This document shows, piece by piece, positions 37,818 to 48,150 of a stretch of 64,000 nucleotides of DNA (position 1 is its first letter; every line of letters begins with the position of its first letter). The position numbers were made by a program, and so were the translations under genes. The DNA is taken from the IMG/VR virus record IMGVR_UViG_3300050821_007696, positions 20,236 through 84,235 of that record; one strand, 5' to 3'. The notes below the pieces were generated by a model. That model saw only the letters and a list, made by a program, of their open reading frames with translations. It was not told the DNA's origin and did no database searches. The stretch comes from a virus.

Positions 37818-38630
37818 ATGGACAAGCTGGCGGAGTTCATGCGGAACGTGCCGCACACCACCGGGGCCAGCGACCCGTGGGCGGAGCGGTACGGGATGGA
37901 GCTGCGCGGCATCGTCACCCGGTACGCGAACCAGCAGCCGCGGTCGGTGCAGAAGCACCTCGGCCCGTCGGAGCTGGGGCACGAGTGCGACCGGCAGGTG
38001 GTCGCGAAGATGTCCGGGGCGAAGATGACCAACCACGTCGCGGACCCGTGGGCGTCGATCATGGGCACGGCCGGGCACGCGTACGTGGCGGGCGCGTTCG
38101 AGTGGGACAACGTGCACAACGACTACCTGCGGTGGCTGACCGAGGCGCGGGTCACCCCGGACCCCGGACCCGACCCGCACCCCGGCACCGCTGACCTGTA
38201 CGACGCGCACAGCCGCTGCGTGGTGGACCATAAGTTCCAGGGCGACTCGACCCGGGCGAAGCTGAAGTCGAAGGGGCCGCCGCGGCACTACTACGTGCAG
38301 CTGCTGCTGTACCGGCAGGGGTACCTGAACCTGGGGCTGCCCGTCGAGCGGGTGGTGATCGCGAGCTGGCCGCGGACCAAGTCGTCGCTGGACGACATGT
38401 ACGTGTGGGCGCACGTGCCGACCCCGGCCGACGACCAGCTGGTCCGCGACGTCCTGGTGCAGACCTCCTACCGGCAGCTGGTCGCCGACGCGGTGCGCGC
38501 GGGCCGGTTCGACCTGATGGACGTGCCCGCCGTGCCGGAGGACAGCGAGTGCTACTTCTGCGGGCTGTACCGGCCGCAGGCCGCCTACGACAGCCTCTAC
38601 GGCTGCCCCGGCACGCTGATGCGCAAGTGA
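37818..38630 (+). CDS. Cas4-like PD-(D/E)xK exonuclease
   Basis: GPSELGHEC, GTAGH, GTADL..VVDHK, QLLLY and C-terminal CYFC...C Fe-S ligand motifs. Confidence 0.85.
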   Translation: MDKLAEFMRNVPHTTGASDPWAERYGMELRGIVTRYANQQPRSVQKHLGPSELGHECDRQVVAKMSGAKMTNHVADPWASIMGTAGHAYVAGAFEWDNVHNDYLRWLTEARVTPDPGPDPHPGTADLYDAHSRCVVDHKFQGDSTRAKLKSKGPPRHYYVQLLLYRQGYLNLGLPVERVVIASWPRTKSSLDDMYVWAHVPTPADDQLVRDVLVQTSYRQLVADAVRAGRFDLMDVPAVPEDSECYFCGLYRPQAAYDSLYGCPGTLMRK

Positions 38631-38646
38631 TGTGTATATTGCAGGC

Positions 38647-38865
38647 ATGAGACGCATCAATGTCGTATTCACCGACAGGACCGTTAAGTGCCTCGAACTG
38701 CTGATGGAAGGCGGCGACTCCCAGACCGATATCGTCAACCAGTCGGTGCAGAAGAACGCTTACCTGGAGTGGAGGGTCAGGCAGGGCAGCAGGATCTTGG
38801 TAGCGCACCCGGACGGCACGCAGCAGGAAGTGGTCTTCAGCTACCGGATACCGGAGGAAGCGTGA
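38647..38865 (+). CDS. Ribbon-helix-helix-like DNA-binding protein
   Basis: RRINVVF beta strand, then helices and SQTDIVNQSV. Confidence 0.55.
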   Translation: MRRINVVFTDRTVKCLELLMEGGDSQTDIVNQSVQKNAYLEWRVRQGSRILVAHPDGTQQEVVFSYRIPEEA

Positions 38866-39541
38866 GCAAGGGGAACTCGGGGAACCGGGCTCCGAATCCC
38901 GGCCGCATGATCGAGGTGGACTGCCCGACGTGCGGGGGCAGCGGGCGGCGGGGCAATAGCGCCTGCGGGCTGTGCAAGGGAAAGGGGAAGATCAAGGTGC
39001 CGGCAACGTGACCGAGGTAGCCGGGGTGCCGATCATGCCGGCGCTGCGGGCGCGCGTCCGCCTGTCCGTGCTCGGCAGCACCGCCGACGGCGACGTTTTC
39101 TACCTGGTGAGCGACACGGCTACGGTATGGACTATCCGGCCCAGCCGTTACGGGGACAAGTACATGTTCCTCGCGATGGAAGCTGACGTCTGGCGGACGA
39201 TCGAGCACGTCGGCACCGGCGAGCGCGGCCAGCGGGTGGTCATCTTGCACAACACGAGGAAATTCAGCGCGGTGCCTGCCGAGCCGGAGGACTGAGTGCT
39301 AAGGTTTTCAACACGGGGCACCCTGAGCCCACTTGCCGAAAAGCGCAACGTACGCATACATGCGGCATAAGAGCCAGGCAAAGCCCCCAGGCGAGGCAGC
39401 ATCCCCAGTGCGATGACAGCGCACCAGGGCTCGGAAGTCCTCAGGAAGCCGTGACAAGGACAGTTAGGGGGCACCGGCAGCTGGCTGGTGCCCCCGCCAT
39501 GACCATGACCTCTCTCATGACAATGACCATGACAAGGACCC

Positions 39542-40756
39542 ATGACCGTGACCTCTCCCTATCCTTCTCAGCCTTACCAGCCTCAGCAGGGATACCCCGC
39601 GCAGCAGCCGAGTTACGCATCGCAGCCGGGGTACCCTGCCCAGCCGCAGTACCAGCAGCCCGTGCAGCAAGGCGGCTTCCCGCCCGGTACCTTCCAGCAG
39701 CCCCCGCCTGCTCAGCCAGTTCAGCCCGGTCCGGCGGTCGCGCCGCCGTCGCTGCGGGAGTTCATGAACCAGCCCGCCGGCGGCGGCAACTCCCTGTCTT
39801 TCATGCAGGTCGGCACCCGGTACTCGGGCACCGTCATCCGCACCGTGACAGGCGCGGACGTCGACTTCGCCTACGACATGCAGGACCGCACCAAGATCTC
39901 GAAGTTCAACGACGGCCGCGAGAAGCTGATCCTGAAGGTGCCGATTCTCCTCGACCAGCCGAACGCGCAGTACCCGGACGGTACCGCCATCTGGGTGCTG
40001 AAGAGCAACGACCGCAACGAGCTGATGCGCGCGATGGAAGCGGCCGGCGCCCAGTCTGACCCGGAGCTGGGCTTCTTCCGTCCCCAGGCGGGCGACTGGC
40101 TGTCAGTCACCTACACGCACGACCAGCCGAGCCGCAACGGGATGAACCCGCGGAAGGTCAAGGCCGTCGAGTACCGCGTCGGGAACGGCGTGCCCCCGCA
40201 GATGCCGCAGGCTCAGGTACCGCAGCCGGTGCAGTACGCCCAGCCCCAGCAGCAGGTGTGGAACCCGCAGGTTCCCGGTAACACCGCCTGGCAGCAGCCT
40301 CAGTACCAGCAGAATCCAGTCGCCACGCCCCAGCCGCAGCCGCCTCAGTGGGCACACGAGCAGCTGTACCAGCAGGCAAACGGGTGGGCGCCGTCTAACG
40401 CCCCGATGGCCGCCGCGGGCCTCGCGGCACCGCAGTACCGGGTAGGAGACGGACCGCATCTTGACGCGCCTGCGCCGCAGCCCCCGCAGTTCGACCCGGC
40501 GCAGGCGCAGCAGTTCCAGCAGCAGTACCAGCAGCCGTCGTTCCCGCAGCCGCAGGGCGGCGGCTTCCCCCCTACCCAGGGTGCGCCCGCTGCTCAGCCC
40601 GGCTCTACCCCTGGTGCGCCGCCAACGGGACCTGCATCCCCTTCTAATGTCCCGCCGCCCGACTGGCCCGCGGACGTGCCTTTCGTCCAGGGGCTGACCC
40701 CGGCGATGGCGCGTACGGCGCAGGCGCTGCGCGTTATGAACCAGCAGCCTCAGTAG
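39542..40756 (+). CDS. ssDNA-binding-like protein with Gln/Pro-rich termini
   Basis: Central OB-like core (SLSFMQVGTRYSG...LSVTYT...PRK); near the exonuclease. Confidence 0.5.
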   Translation: MTVTSPYPSQPYQPQQGYPAQQPSYASQPGYPAQPQYQQPVQQGGFPPGTFQQPPPAQPVQPGPAVAPPSLREFMNQPAGGGNSLSFMQVGTRYSGTVIRTVTGADVDFAYDMQDRTKISKFNDGREKLILKVPILLDQPNAQYPDGTAIWVLKSNDRNELMRAMEAAGAQSDPELGFFRPQAGDWLSVTYTHDQPSRNGMNPRKVKAVEYRVGNGVPPQMPQAQVPQPVQYAQPQQQVWNPQVPGNTAWQQPQYQQNPVATPQPQPPQWAHEQLYQQANGWAPSNAPMAAAGLAAPQYRVGDGPHLDAPAPQPPQFDPAQAQQFQQQYQQPSFPQPQGGGFPPTQGAPAAQPGSTPGAPPTGPASPSNVPPPDWPADVPFVQGLTPAMARTAQALRVMNQQPQ

Positions 40757-40854
40757 GCTTAGGACCAGTAGCACCGGAATACCCTGGACGCGGTTGAAGT
40801 TACACCTGTCGCGACCGGGGTATTCCGGTGTCTTGCGTAATAAGGAGTTAACGC

Positions 40855-42198
40855 ATGAATAATGATGATTACTCGTGGATGGCGCGCTCCGGTCATCCCG
40901 CCGCGGGGCAGCGCCCGCCGTGGGACATCGAGACGGTGCCCCACGCCTGGGCCGACACCGACACGATGACCGCCCCGCCCCCCGTGCCCGCCCGCTACAC
41001 GCCGACCGCCGTCAGCCCGGCAGTAAAGGAAGACCGAGATGATGATCATGATTCCCGTCGGGGTGACGATCCTGGCCTACGCCGGGCTCGGGCTCGGGCT
41101 TCTCGTCCGCGGCGCAGTCCGGTGGTCACGCCGGATGTGGCAGCCCTCACCCTGACCGCTGTCGTCCCGGTGTACAACGGGGCACTCGGCCTGGCAGAGA
41201 CCCTGCACGCGCTGCGCTCCCAGACCACGGCCCCGGACCGGGTCATCGTCATCGACGACGGCAGCACGGACAACACGTCCGAGATCGCGCGCTCGTTCGG
41301 GGTCGAGGTCTTCCGCCGCGAGCAGCGGTCGGGCAGCAAGTCCCGCGCGCTCAACCACGTGCTGATGGAAATCGGCACCGACCTGGTCCTGAACGTCGAC
41401 GACGACACCGTGCTCTGCGAGGACTACGTCAAGCGGATCAAGTGCGCGTTCGCCGACCCGCAGGTAGCAGTCGCCGCGGGCATCGTCCAGGTGTGGAACC
41501 CTAAAGGCGTCCTCCAGCGCGGGCGCCAGGTCGAGTACCTGCTCGGCCAGCACCTGTACCGGCCCATCCAGAACTTCTGGTCCTCGCCCACCGTGTGCCC
41601 CGGTGCCGCCTGCGCCTACCGCCGCGCCCCGCTCGCCGCCGCCGGCGGTTTCCCTGACGACACCGTCGCCGAGGACATGGCCTACACCTGGCAGATGATG
41701 CTCACCGGGTACAAGGCGGTGTACGTGGCCGGCGCCGAGTGCTACGTCATCGACCCGCGCACGCCGCAGGAGCTGGGCACCCAGCTGTGGCGGTGGATGT
41801 CCGGCTACTTCCAGTGCGTGCGGCTGAACTGGCGCGAGGTAACCCGGCGCAAGAAGGTGCTGGCGCTGCTGATCCTGGCGAGCATGTGGGACATCGTGTC
41901 GCTGCCGCTGTGGCTGGTTTCCCCGCTAGTGCTGGCCGGGTCGCACGGCCGGTCGTTCCTTGAGGTGATGCTGATCGCCCTGTTCGGCACCGACCTGGCC
42001 GTCACCGTGCCCGTCGTGGCGGTCGCCGCGGTCCGGCGCGGCATCAACCCGCTGCGGGCGCTGGCGAACGTCCCGCTTATCTGGGTGATGCGGGCGTTCA
42101 ACTTCTGGTACTCCGGCAAGGCAATGCTGTACGAGCTGGTCCTGGTCCCGTGCCAGTGGAAGGCCAGCCTGTCCGTCTTCAAGAAGGGGCACGCGTGA
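40855..42198 (+). CDS. Processive GT2 polysaccharide synthase (PgaC/chitin/hyaluronan synthase-like)
   Basis: DDGS, DDD, AEDM and QLWRW (QxxRW) motifs; C-terminal TM helices. Confidence 0.85.
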   Translation: MNNDDYSWMARSGHPAAGQRPPWDIETVPHAWADTDTMTAPPPVPARYTPTAVSPAVKEDRDDDHDSRRGDDPGLRRARARASRPRRSPVVTPDVAALTLTAVVPVYNGALGLAETLHALRSQTTAPDRVIVIDDGSTDNTSEIARSFGVEVFRREQRSGSKSRALNHVLMEIGTDLVLNVDDDTVLCEDYVKRIKCAFADPQVAVAAGIVQVWNPKGVLQRGRQVEYLLGQHLYRPIQNFWSSPTVCPGAACAYRRAPLAAAGGFPDDTVAEDMAYTWQMMLTGYKAVYVAGAECYVIDPRTPQELGTQLWRWMSGYFQCVRLNWREVTRRKKVLALLILASMWDIVSLPLWLVSPLVLAGSHGRSFLEVMLIALFGTDLAVTVPVVAVAAVRRGINPLRALANVPLIWVMRAFNFWYSGKAMLYELVLVPCQWKASLSVFKKGHA

Positions 42199-43100
42199 AC
42201 GCGAAACTGTTCTTCCGGCGCCTGGCCGTCATCGCCGTCGCCGTGCTCCTGCTGGCCGGCATCGGCTCTGCTGCCGCATGGCGGGCCGGGGCGTTCAGCA
42301 CAGCGGGCAGCACTGCCGCCGGGCTTGCCGTGACCGGAAGGTCGCAGGCGGTCCGGGTTACCCTGCCCCCGGCGCCGAAGGGCCTGCCCGTCCTGGCGAA
42401 CAGCTGCTCGGCCGGGTACGTCACCTTTACCTTCGACGACGGGCCGGACAAGGACACCCTCGCGCTGGCCAGCGAGCTGCTCGCCGAGCACGTGCCCGCG
42501 GTGTTCTTCGAGATCGGCGACAAGGTCGCGGCGACTCCGGGCATCACGAGGCTGCTCGCGCAGCGCCACTTCGTGATCGGGGACCACACCTGGGACCACG
42601 CGTCGCTGACCGGCGCGAGCACCAAGACGAAGCCGCTGACCGACGCCCAGGTGAAGACCGAGCTGACCCGGGCGATGGCGGCGGTCAGCGCAGCCGGGGC
42701 ACCCAGGCCGAAGCTGTGGCGGGCACCGTACGACGACGTCAGCCAGCACGACGTCTCCATTGCCGCCTCACTCGGGCTGCGGCTGGTCATGAGCTACGGC
42801 CTGGCCCAGGGCGGCAACATCGACGACAGCCAGGACTGGTCCGGCAACTCGGCCGCGTCCGTCGCCGCGCACGTCGACACCGGCTACACCCTGGACGGCT
42901 CGTCGTTCCCCGGCATGCGCAACCAGACGATCCTGTCCTTCCACGACGGGATCAACGCGACCGCGCCGAACACGATCAAGGCCATTCCCGTGATCGTCGC
43001 CTTCATGAACCGGCACCACCTGTGCGCGACCAGCACGGTACGCCCGGACGCGACCGGCGGCGTGGTCAGCCAGACTTCGGTCGCGGCAGGCGGCGAGTAA
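42195..43100 (+). CDS. Exported polysaccharide deacetylase (NodB/CE4)
   Basis: Signal/TM segment; TFDDGP, HTWDH, RAPY, DSQDW and LSFHD motifs. Confidence 0.9.
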   Translation: MNAKLFFRRLAVIAVAVLLLAGIGSAAAWRAGAFSTAGSTAAGLAVTGRSQAVRVTLPPAPKGLPVLANSCSAGYVTFTFDDGPDKDTLALASELLAEHVPAVFFEIGDKVAATPGITRLLAQRHFVIGDHTWDHASLTGASTKTKPLTDAQVKTELTRAMAAVSAAGAPRPKLWRAPYDDVSQHDVSIAASLGLRLVMSYGLAQGGNIDDSQDWSGNSAASVAAHVDTGYTLDGSSFPGMRNQTILSFHDGINATAPNTIKAIPVIVAFMNRHHLCATSTVRPDATGGVVSQTSVAAGGE

Positions 43101-43158
43101 GGCAGCAGCCCGTCAGCGGGGCCTCACCCGGCGCAGCTTCATCGTCGCCGCGGCGGCC

Positions 43159-44142
43159 TTGCTGGCGGGCTGCACGACAGGTAACCATGAGACCAGGCCC
43201 AGCAGCCCGCCTCCGGAAGGACAGTCCGTGACAGGTCACCACCACCCGCACCCGAAGCCGCCGAAGCCCCCCGTCCCCCCGTCCCCGCCCGTGACCGGCA
43301 AGTACCTGTTCGAGGACGAGTTCACCGGGCCGGCCGGCGCGTCCCCGGACGAGGGCACCTCGCCGTCGTCGAAGCTGTGGACGCTGCGCAGCGGCTTCAC
43401 CAACAACGGCGCCTACGTGACCGGCAGCCCGGCGGTCGCCTACCTGGACGGCAGCGCGCAGGGCAACCTGGTGCTGGCCGTCGGGAAGGCGGGCTCCCTC
43501 GGGGCGAAGGCGGGCTTCTTCCCGGCCCCGATCCTCGACACCGGCGGCGGCCCTGCTTCGCAGCAGTACCCGAGCGACGGCAGCCCGGTGAACTTCGCGC
43601 TCCAGCCGGGCATGTCCTGCGAGATGCGGGTCGCGGTCAACACGGTTGCCGGCACCTGGCCCGCGGCGTGGTTCGTGCCGGTTCTCGCCGGGGCGAACTA
43701 CCCGGAGGGCTGGTCCGAGATCGACATGGAGGAGAGCTACGGGACCGGTTTCGCGGACTCCTCGATCTGGAGCACGTCGTCCGGCGGCGACCTGGTGAAC
43801 ACGGCGAACCCGAAGGTGCTGCCGAAGCTGGACAGCGGCTTCCACGTGTTCCGCCTCGACTACGAGGGCTCGGGCAGCACCGTGTCGCAGGTCTCGATGT
43901 ACCTGGACAACGCGGCTGTCCCGTACAGCACGATGACCCCGGCCGCAGCCAAGGCCAAGGGCGCCGTCTGGAACTACGACAGCAACCAGGGCATGTTCAT
44001 CGAGCTGAACGTAGCGGTATTCAGCACCACCACCTGGCAGCCGACGCCGCCGAAGGCCGGCAGCACCCCCGGCGTGATCATGCAGGTCGACTACGCCCGG
44101 GCGTGGGCTCCTGCCGGGCCTGACCCGGTCGCCGGGAAATAA
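43159..44142 (+). CDS. GH16-like glycoside hydrolase (probable lipoprotein, start uncertain)
   Basis: FEDEF, WPAAW, EIDMEE catalytic motif, FHVF, MQVDYAR; LAGC. Confidence 0.8.
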   Translation: MLAGCTTGNHETRPSSPPPEGQSVTGHHHPHPKPPKPPVPPSPPVTGKYLFEDEFTGPAGASPDEGTSPSSKLWTLRSGFTNNGAYVTGSPAVAYLDGSAQGNLVLAVGKAGSLGAKAGFFPAPILDTGGGPASQQYPSDGSPVNFALQPGMSCEMRVAVNTVAGTWPAAWFVPVLAGANYPEGWSEIDMEESYGTGFADSSIWSTSSGGDLVNTANPKVLPKLDSGFHVFRLDYEGSGSTVSQVSMYLDNAAVPYSTMTPAAAKAKGAVWNYDSNQGMFIELNVAVFSTTTWQPTPPKAGSTPGVIMQVDYARAWAPAGPDPVAGK

Positions 44143-44352
44143 CCGCCAGCCGGGCCATGTTAGGGACGTAACCCAGTGAGGCCGCGCCCGGCTGGCGGGG
44201 ACACGATCAGGACGCCGCCCAATAAGGCAACGCCCCGCCCCGGACCCGGTTGCAAACGGGTGCGAATCCCGTGCTGCAGGCAGCGGTGACAGTCCGTGCC
44301 AGCCGGATGCGACGGCCGCTCTCCAAGCCTCCGGGGAGCGGCCGTTGCCGTC

Positions 44353-44368
44353 AGTGCCAGCTGGCACT
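44353..44368. promoter_or_regulatory. 16-bp palindrome, copy 5
   Basis: Exact match after a strong hairpin, between convergent ORFs. Confidence 0.75.
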
Positions 44369-44387
44369 ACGCGCGGACGCTGGGGAG

Positions 44388-44546
44388 CTAAGGGTGCACC
44401 CACGGGCGCCAGGCGAACACCACCTCAAGGGCGAGGCAGGCACCGCCGGCGTAGGCAATCGCATCGGCGTGATGGGCTGCGGAGCCGCCGGTCCAGGCGA
44501 GGATCGCCGCGATGACGAACAGGATGAAAGACAGGATGCCGAACAC
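44388..44546 (-). CDS. Small two-TM membrane protein (not in the ORF track)
   Basis: AGGAAAGG RBS; MFGILSFILFVIAAILAW...ACLALEVVFAW. Confidence 0.55.
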   Translation of the reverse strand: MFGILSFILFVIAAILAWTGGSAAHHADAIAYAGGACLALEVVFAWRPWVHP

Positions 44547-45209
44547 CGGGCGCCTTTCCTTGCGGGAACGGGTCCGGCTCCCGGTAAAACGGGCCGCGGC
44601 TCAGGTACCTTCCAGTTACCCACGAAAGGGGGACGCGTGCAACTGAAGCTCGTTACCGCGGAGACAGCTAAGTGCCGGGCCTGCCCGCCGCAGGAGGCGC
44701 TGCCCGTCGTGGAGGTGCTGTGCCCGCACGGTTTCGGCTACCCGGTCGGGGATGTGCCGGGGCTGACCGCGAAAGAGTTGCAGCTGATGCTGCTTGCCGC
44801 TGAAGTCGGGTTCGGGGAGTGGGCCGGAGGGCGCGTTACCAAGGAAGACGAGGCAGCACTGGCAAAATTCCGGGCTTTCGTAGAGGGAACCTCGTGACGT
44901 TCGCTAACAACCTCTACCTGGTCGTCGGCGGCTTCACCCTGCTGATGCCTGTCTGCTGGCTGCTGTGGCCGCGCGTACTGGCGTCGTGGGGCAAGGTGTC
45001 CGGGGCAGAGGTCTCCTACCTGCTGGCAATGACCGGATTCTCGTTCGTGCCGGGCTTCGCCTGGGCGACGCGGGGCCTCATGCTCATGGACCTCGCAGTT
45101 TACGTACTGCTGTACCTGAGGCAGCGGCGGAAGGAGAAGGCGTGAGCGGTGACGAGGTGATCCCGGGAGAACGCGACACGGACCTGCCGGCCTTCATCAC
45201 CGGGCTCGC

Positions 45210-47048
45210 GTGAGCACCGTCTTCGGCGAGCTTGACCAGTCGGGGCAGTTCATCCTCGTCACCTGCACCGGGGACGCCCGGGACACGGACCAGTGCGCGG
45301 GCGTGCTGCGCAGCCTGACCGCCGCCGTCAACCCGACGCAGAACGAGCACGTGTACGCGGTGCCGCTGTCGTGGTCGGCGTGCACCCAGCTCGCGCATTC
45401 GTTCACCGGGGAGCCCGCGTGGGACGGGCAGCCGGGCCTGAGCTGGGCGCCGGGGGCGGCGCTGTCCGCGTGGCTGTTCGCGGAGATCCTGCGCCGCTCG
45501 TGCGAGGGCGACTTCACCGGGCAGCCGCCGGCCCGCGTCCCGATGGCCCACCAGCGGGCCGGGGCGGTCGCCGTCGGGATGAACGGCCGGTTCATCTTCT
45601 GCGACGACATGGGCACCGGGAAGTCCCAGACGTACCTTATGAGCCTGGCCGAGCTGGAGGCCCGCAACCGCAGCCCGTGGCCGGCGCTGCTGGTGACCCC
45701 GGCCGGGGTGGTCGACACGGTGCTGGAAGAGGTGCCGCAGATCTACCCCGGCTGGACGGCGGTCGCCTACCGGGGCGGCTCGCGGCAGCGGTACCTGAAG
45801 TCGAACGCGCAGCTGCTGGTGATGGGATACGAGACGATGCGCAACGACACCGGGGACAGTAAGAAACCGGGGCCGCTGATGAAGTTCCGCGCGGGCACGC
45901 TGATCCTAGATGAGTGTCATTTTCTTTGTAACTTTGCTTCACTTCAGTCACGCGAGGCCCGCAAGCTGGCGAAGTCCGTCCGGAACGTGTTCGCCGGGTC
46001 CGGCACCCCGATCACCCTGAACGCGGCCGGCTTCTGGCCGGTGCTCAACTCGCTGTACCCGGACAGTTACCCGAGCCGCGACCGGTTCAAGAGGCTGTAC
46101 TTCCTGTCCCGGGGCAAGGCGCAGTACGGCAGCGGGGACTCCGACATCCTCGGCCTCGACCCGCTGCGGGAAAAGCAGTTCCGGGTGGAGATGCAGGGGG
46201 TGTTCCGACGGGTCGCCAAGGCCGACGTGCTCGACCTGCCGCCCAAGACCTACTCCCGGCGCTACGTGGAGATCCCGGCCGCCTGGCGGGCCGCCTACGA
46301 CCAGATGGAAGCCGACATGCTAGCCGAGCTGCCCGACCAGCTGACCCCGCTGGAGGCCCGCGCGGCGATCGTCAAGATGATGCGGCTGCGGCAGCTGGCC
46401 TGCTCGGCGTGCGACGTCACGGTCACCCGCGAGGTAGAGCAGAAGCCCCGGTCGCCGAACTTCGGCCAGGAGGTGGAGCACACCTCGGTCACCTTGAAAG
46501 AGCCGTGCTGGAAGGGCGCAGAGCTGGTCAGCATCCTGCGCGAGCTGCACGAGGCCGAAGGGGAGTTCGACGAGCGCGGCGGCCAGCACGGGCACGTCGT
46601 AGGGTCGCGGCCGGCGATCACCTTCGCCGAGTCAGCCCAGCTGGTACGGCTGTGCGGGCAGGCGGCGGAGAAGAAGGGGTACGCCGTCGGGTACTTCGAC
46701 GGGGACGTGAAACCCGCGGAGCGCAGTGAGGTACGGCACGCATTCCAGGCGAACAAACTCGACCTGCTCTGCGTTACTACTGGAGCGGGCGGCGCCGGGC
46801 TGAACCTCACCGCGGCAGACACGGTAGTGTTCGTGGCGCCGCCGTGGGGGTACGTCCCCAGGACGCAGTCCGAGGACCGGGCCTACCGGCTGGGGCAGAC
46901 TAAGCCGGTGCAGGTGATCGACATCATCGCCAAGGACTCGGTGGAGAGCCGGGTGCTGGCGCGGCTGCGGGAGAAGGCCGGGAACCTGGCCGAGCTGGTC
47001 GCCGACCGGCGCATTGTTGAGTCCTTCCTCGGCGGAGGGGGGCGCTAG
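45210..47048 (+). CDS. SNF2-type SF2 helicase
   Basis: DDMGTGKS, ILDECH, SGTP, GAGLNLTAA and QSEDRAYRLGQ motifs. Confidence 0.9.
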   Translation: MSTVFGELDQSGQFILVTCTGDARDTDQCAGVLRSLTAAVNPTQNEHVYAVPLSWSACTQLAHSFTGEPAWDGQPGLSWAPGAALSAWLFAEILRRSCEGDFTGQPPARVPMAHQRAGAVAVGMNGRFIFCDDMGTGKSQTYLMSLAELEARNRSPWPALLVTPAGVVDTVLEEVPQIYPGWTAVAYRGGSRQRYLKSNAQLLVMGYETMRNDTGDSKKPGPLMKFRAGTLILDECHFLCNFASLQSREARKLAKSVRNVFAGSGTPITLNAAGFWPVLNSLYPDSYPSRDRFKRLYFLSRGKAQYGSGDSDILGLDPLREKQFRVEMQGVFRRVAKADVLDLPPKTYSRRYVEIPAAWRAAYDQMEADMLAELPDQLTPLEARAAIVKMMRLRQLACSACDVTVTREVEQKPRSPNFGQEVEHTSVTLKEPCWKGAELVSILRELHEAEGEFDERGGQHGHVVGSRPAITFAESAQLVRLCGQAAEKKGYAVGYFDGDVKPAERSEVRHAFQANKLDLLCVTTGAGGAGLNLTAADTVVFVAPPWGYVPRTQSEDRAYRLGQTKPVQVIDIIAKDSVESRVLARLREKAGNLAELVADRRIVESFLGGGGR

Positions 47049-48150
47049 AAGGAGAAGGAGAGCGGATGACAGGCAGGAAGCAGAACGCCGTCCGCGTGCC
47101 CGCGGGAGCTTTGCGCCTGCTGGCGCTGGACGCCCTGCAGCGGTACGTACACGACATGGGACTGCTCCAGCCTGGCGACATGCTGTTCAGCAAGATCCTC
47201 GACCGCGTGTGCGATGCCGAGTAAGCGGGGCAAGGGGAAGAAGCGCCAGCATGTCTACCGCAGGCCGAAAGCACGGCCGGGCGCGAAGTTCCCCGGCAGC
47301 CACCACTGCCCCGAGTGCGGCAAGTGGTGCTACCGGACGCGGGATGACGCGCAGGACGCCGTGCGGCAGATGCACCCGGGTGCGACGGTGCACTATTACG
47401 AGTGCACGACCGAGGCCGGCGCCTGGTGGCATTTCACGTCGATGACCGCGGCGCAAGTGGAGGACATCCGCGCCCGCGAGTCAGTCCTGCCTCCGGACGA
47501 GCCGGAAGAATTCGCCTGCTAAAGGTGTTGCACGTGCTATGACTAGTAAAGGACAGCCTGCCTGCCCGTACCGGCTTTCCTGCGTGTGCGACTGCCGCAA
47601 CGAGGACGGGACGCGAGGCGGCTGCCTCGACAACCGGCACTGCGGCAAGCACGCCCGGGGCTGCCACTACTACTGCGGAACCTGAAGGAGCCAGCATGCC
47701 GGTCTGCGGTGTTACCTGGGGGATGTGCGCGATGCGCAGCGGAAATGGCCGGAACAACCCGCACCTGTGCACCGACACCAGCGGGAAGGCGCACCACCAC
47801 GTGTGCACCGCCTGCGAGACGCCGAAGTGACCCGGCCGCCGAAGCCGGCGGACCCGGACTGCGGGTACTGCCAGTACATCTGGCACCAGAGCCGGTGGCT
47901 CCTGTCGGTGCACCCCAACTGCCGGCGGCACAGGAAGTAAAGGAGAACAGGTGGCGAGGAAAGAGCAGTGCCCCGAACAGTGCTACCAGTGCAGCAACCA
48001 GTGCAAGCTCGAAGCGGGCCACCCCTGGACGCAGATGCACGACTGCGGCCGGGACCACAGCAAGTAAAGGACAGGCCGGGGCCGGCCCAGCTTCTCACGT
48101 GACCCGAAGTGGAAACGCCAGGCCCGGTTACAACTGGAGAGGAAGCACGC

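Noticed and set aside
37818-38630. Cas4 as part of a CRISPR or array-acquisition module
   Set aside because: Stand-alone Cas4-like exonucleases next to SSB genes are routine phage recombination genes; it is over 19 kb from the nearest array and there is no cas1 or cas2.
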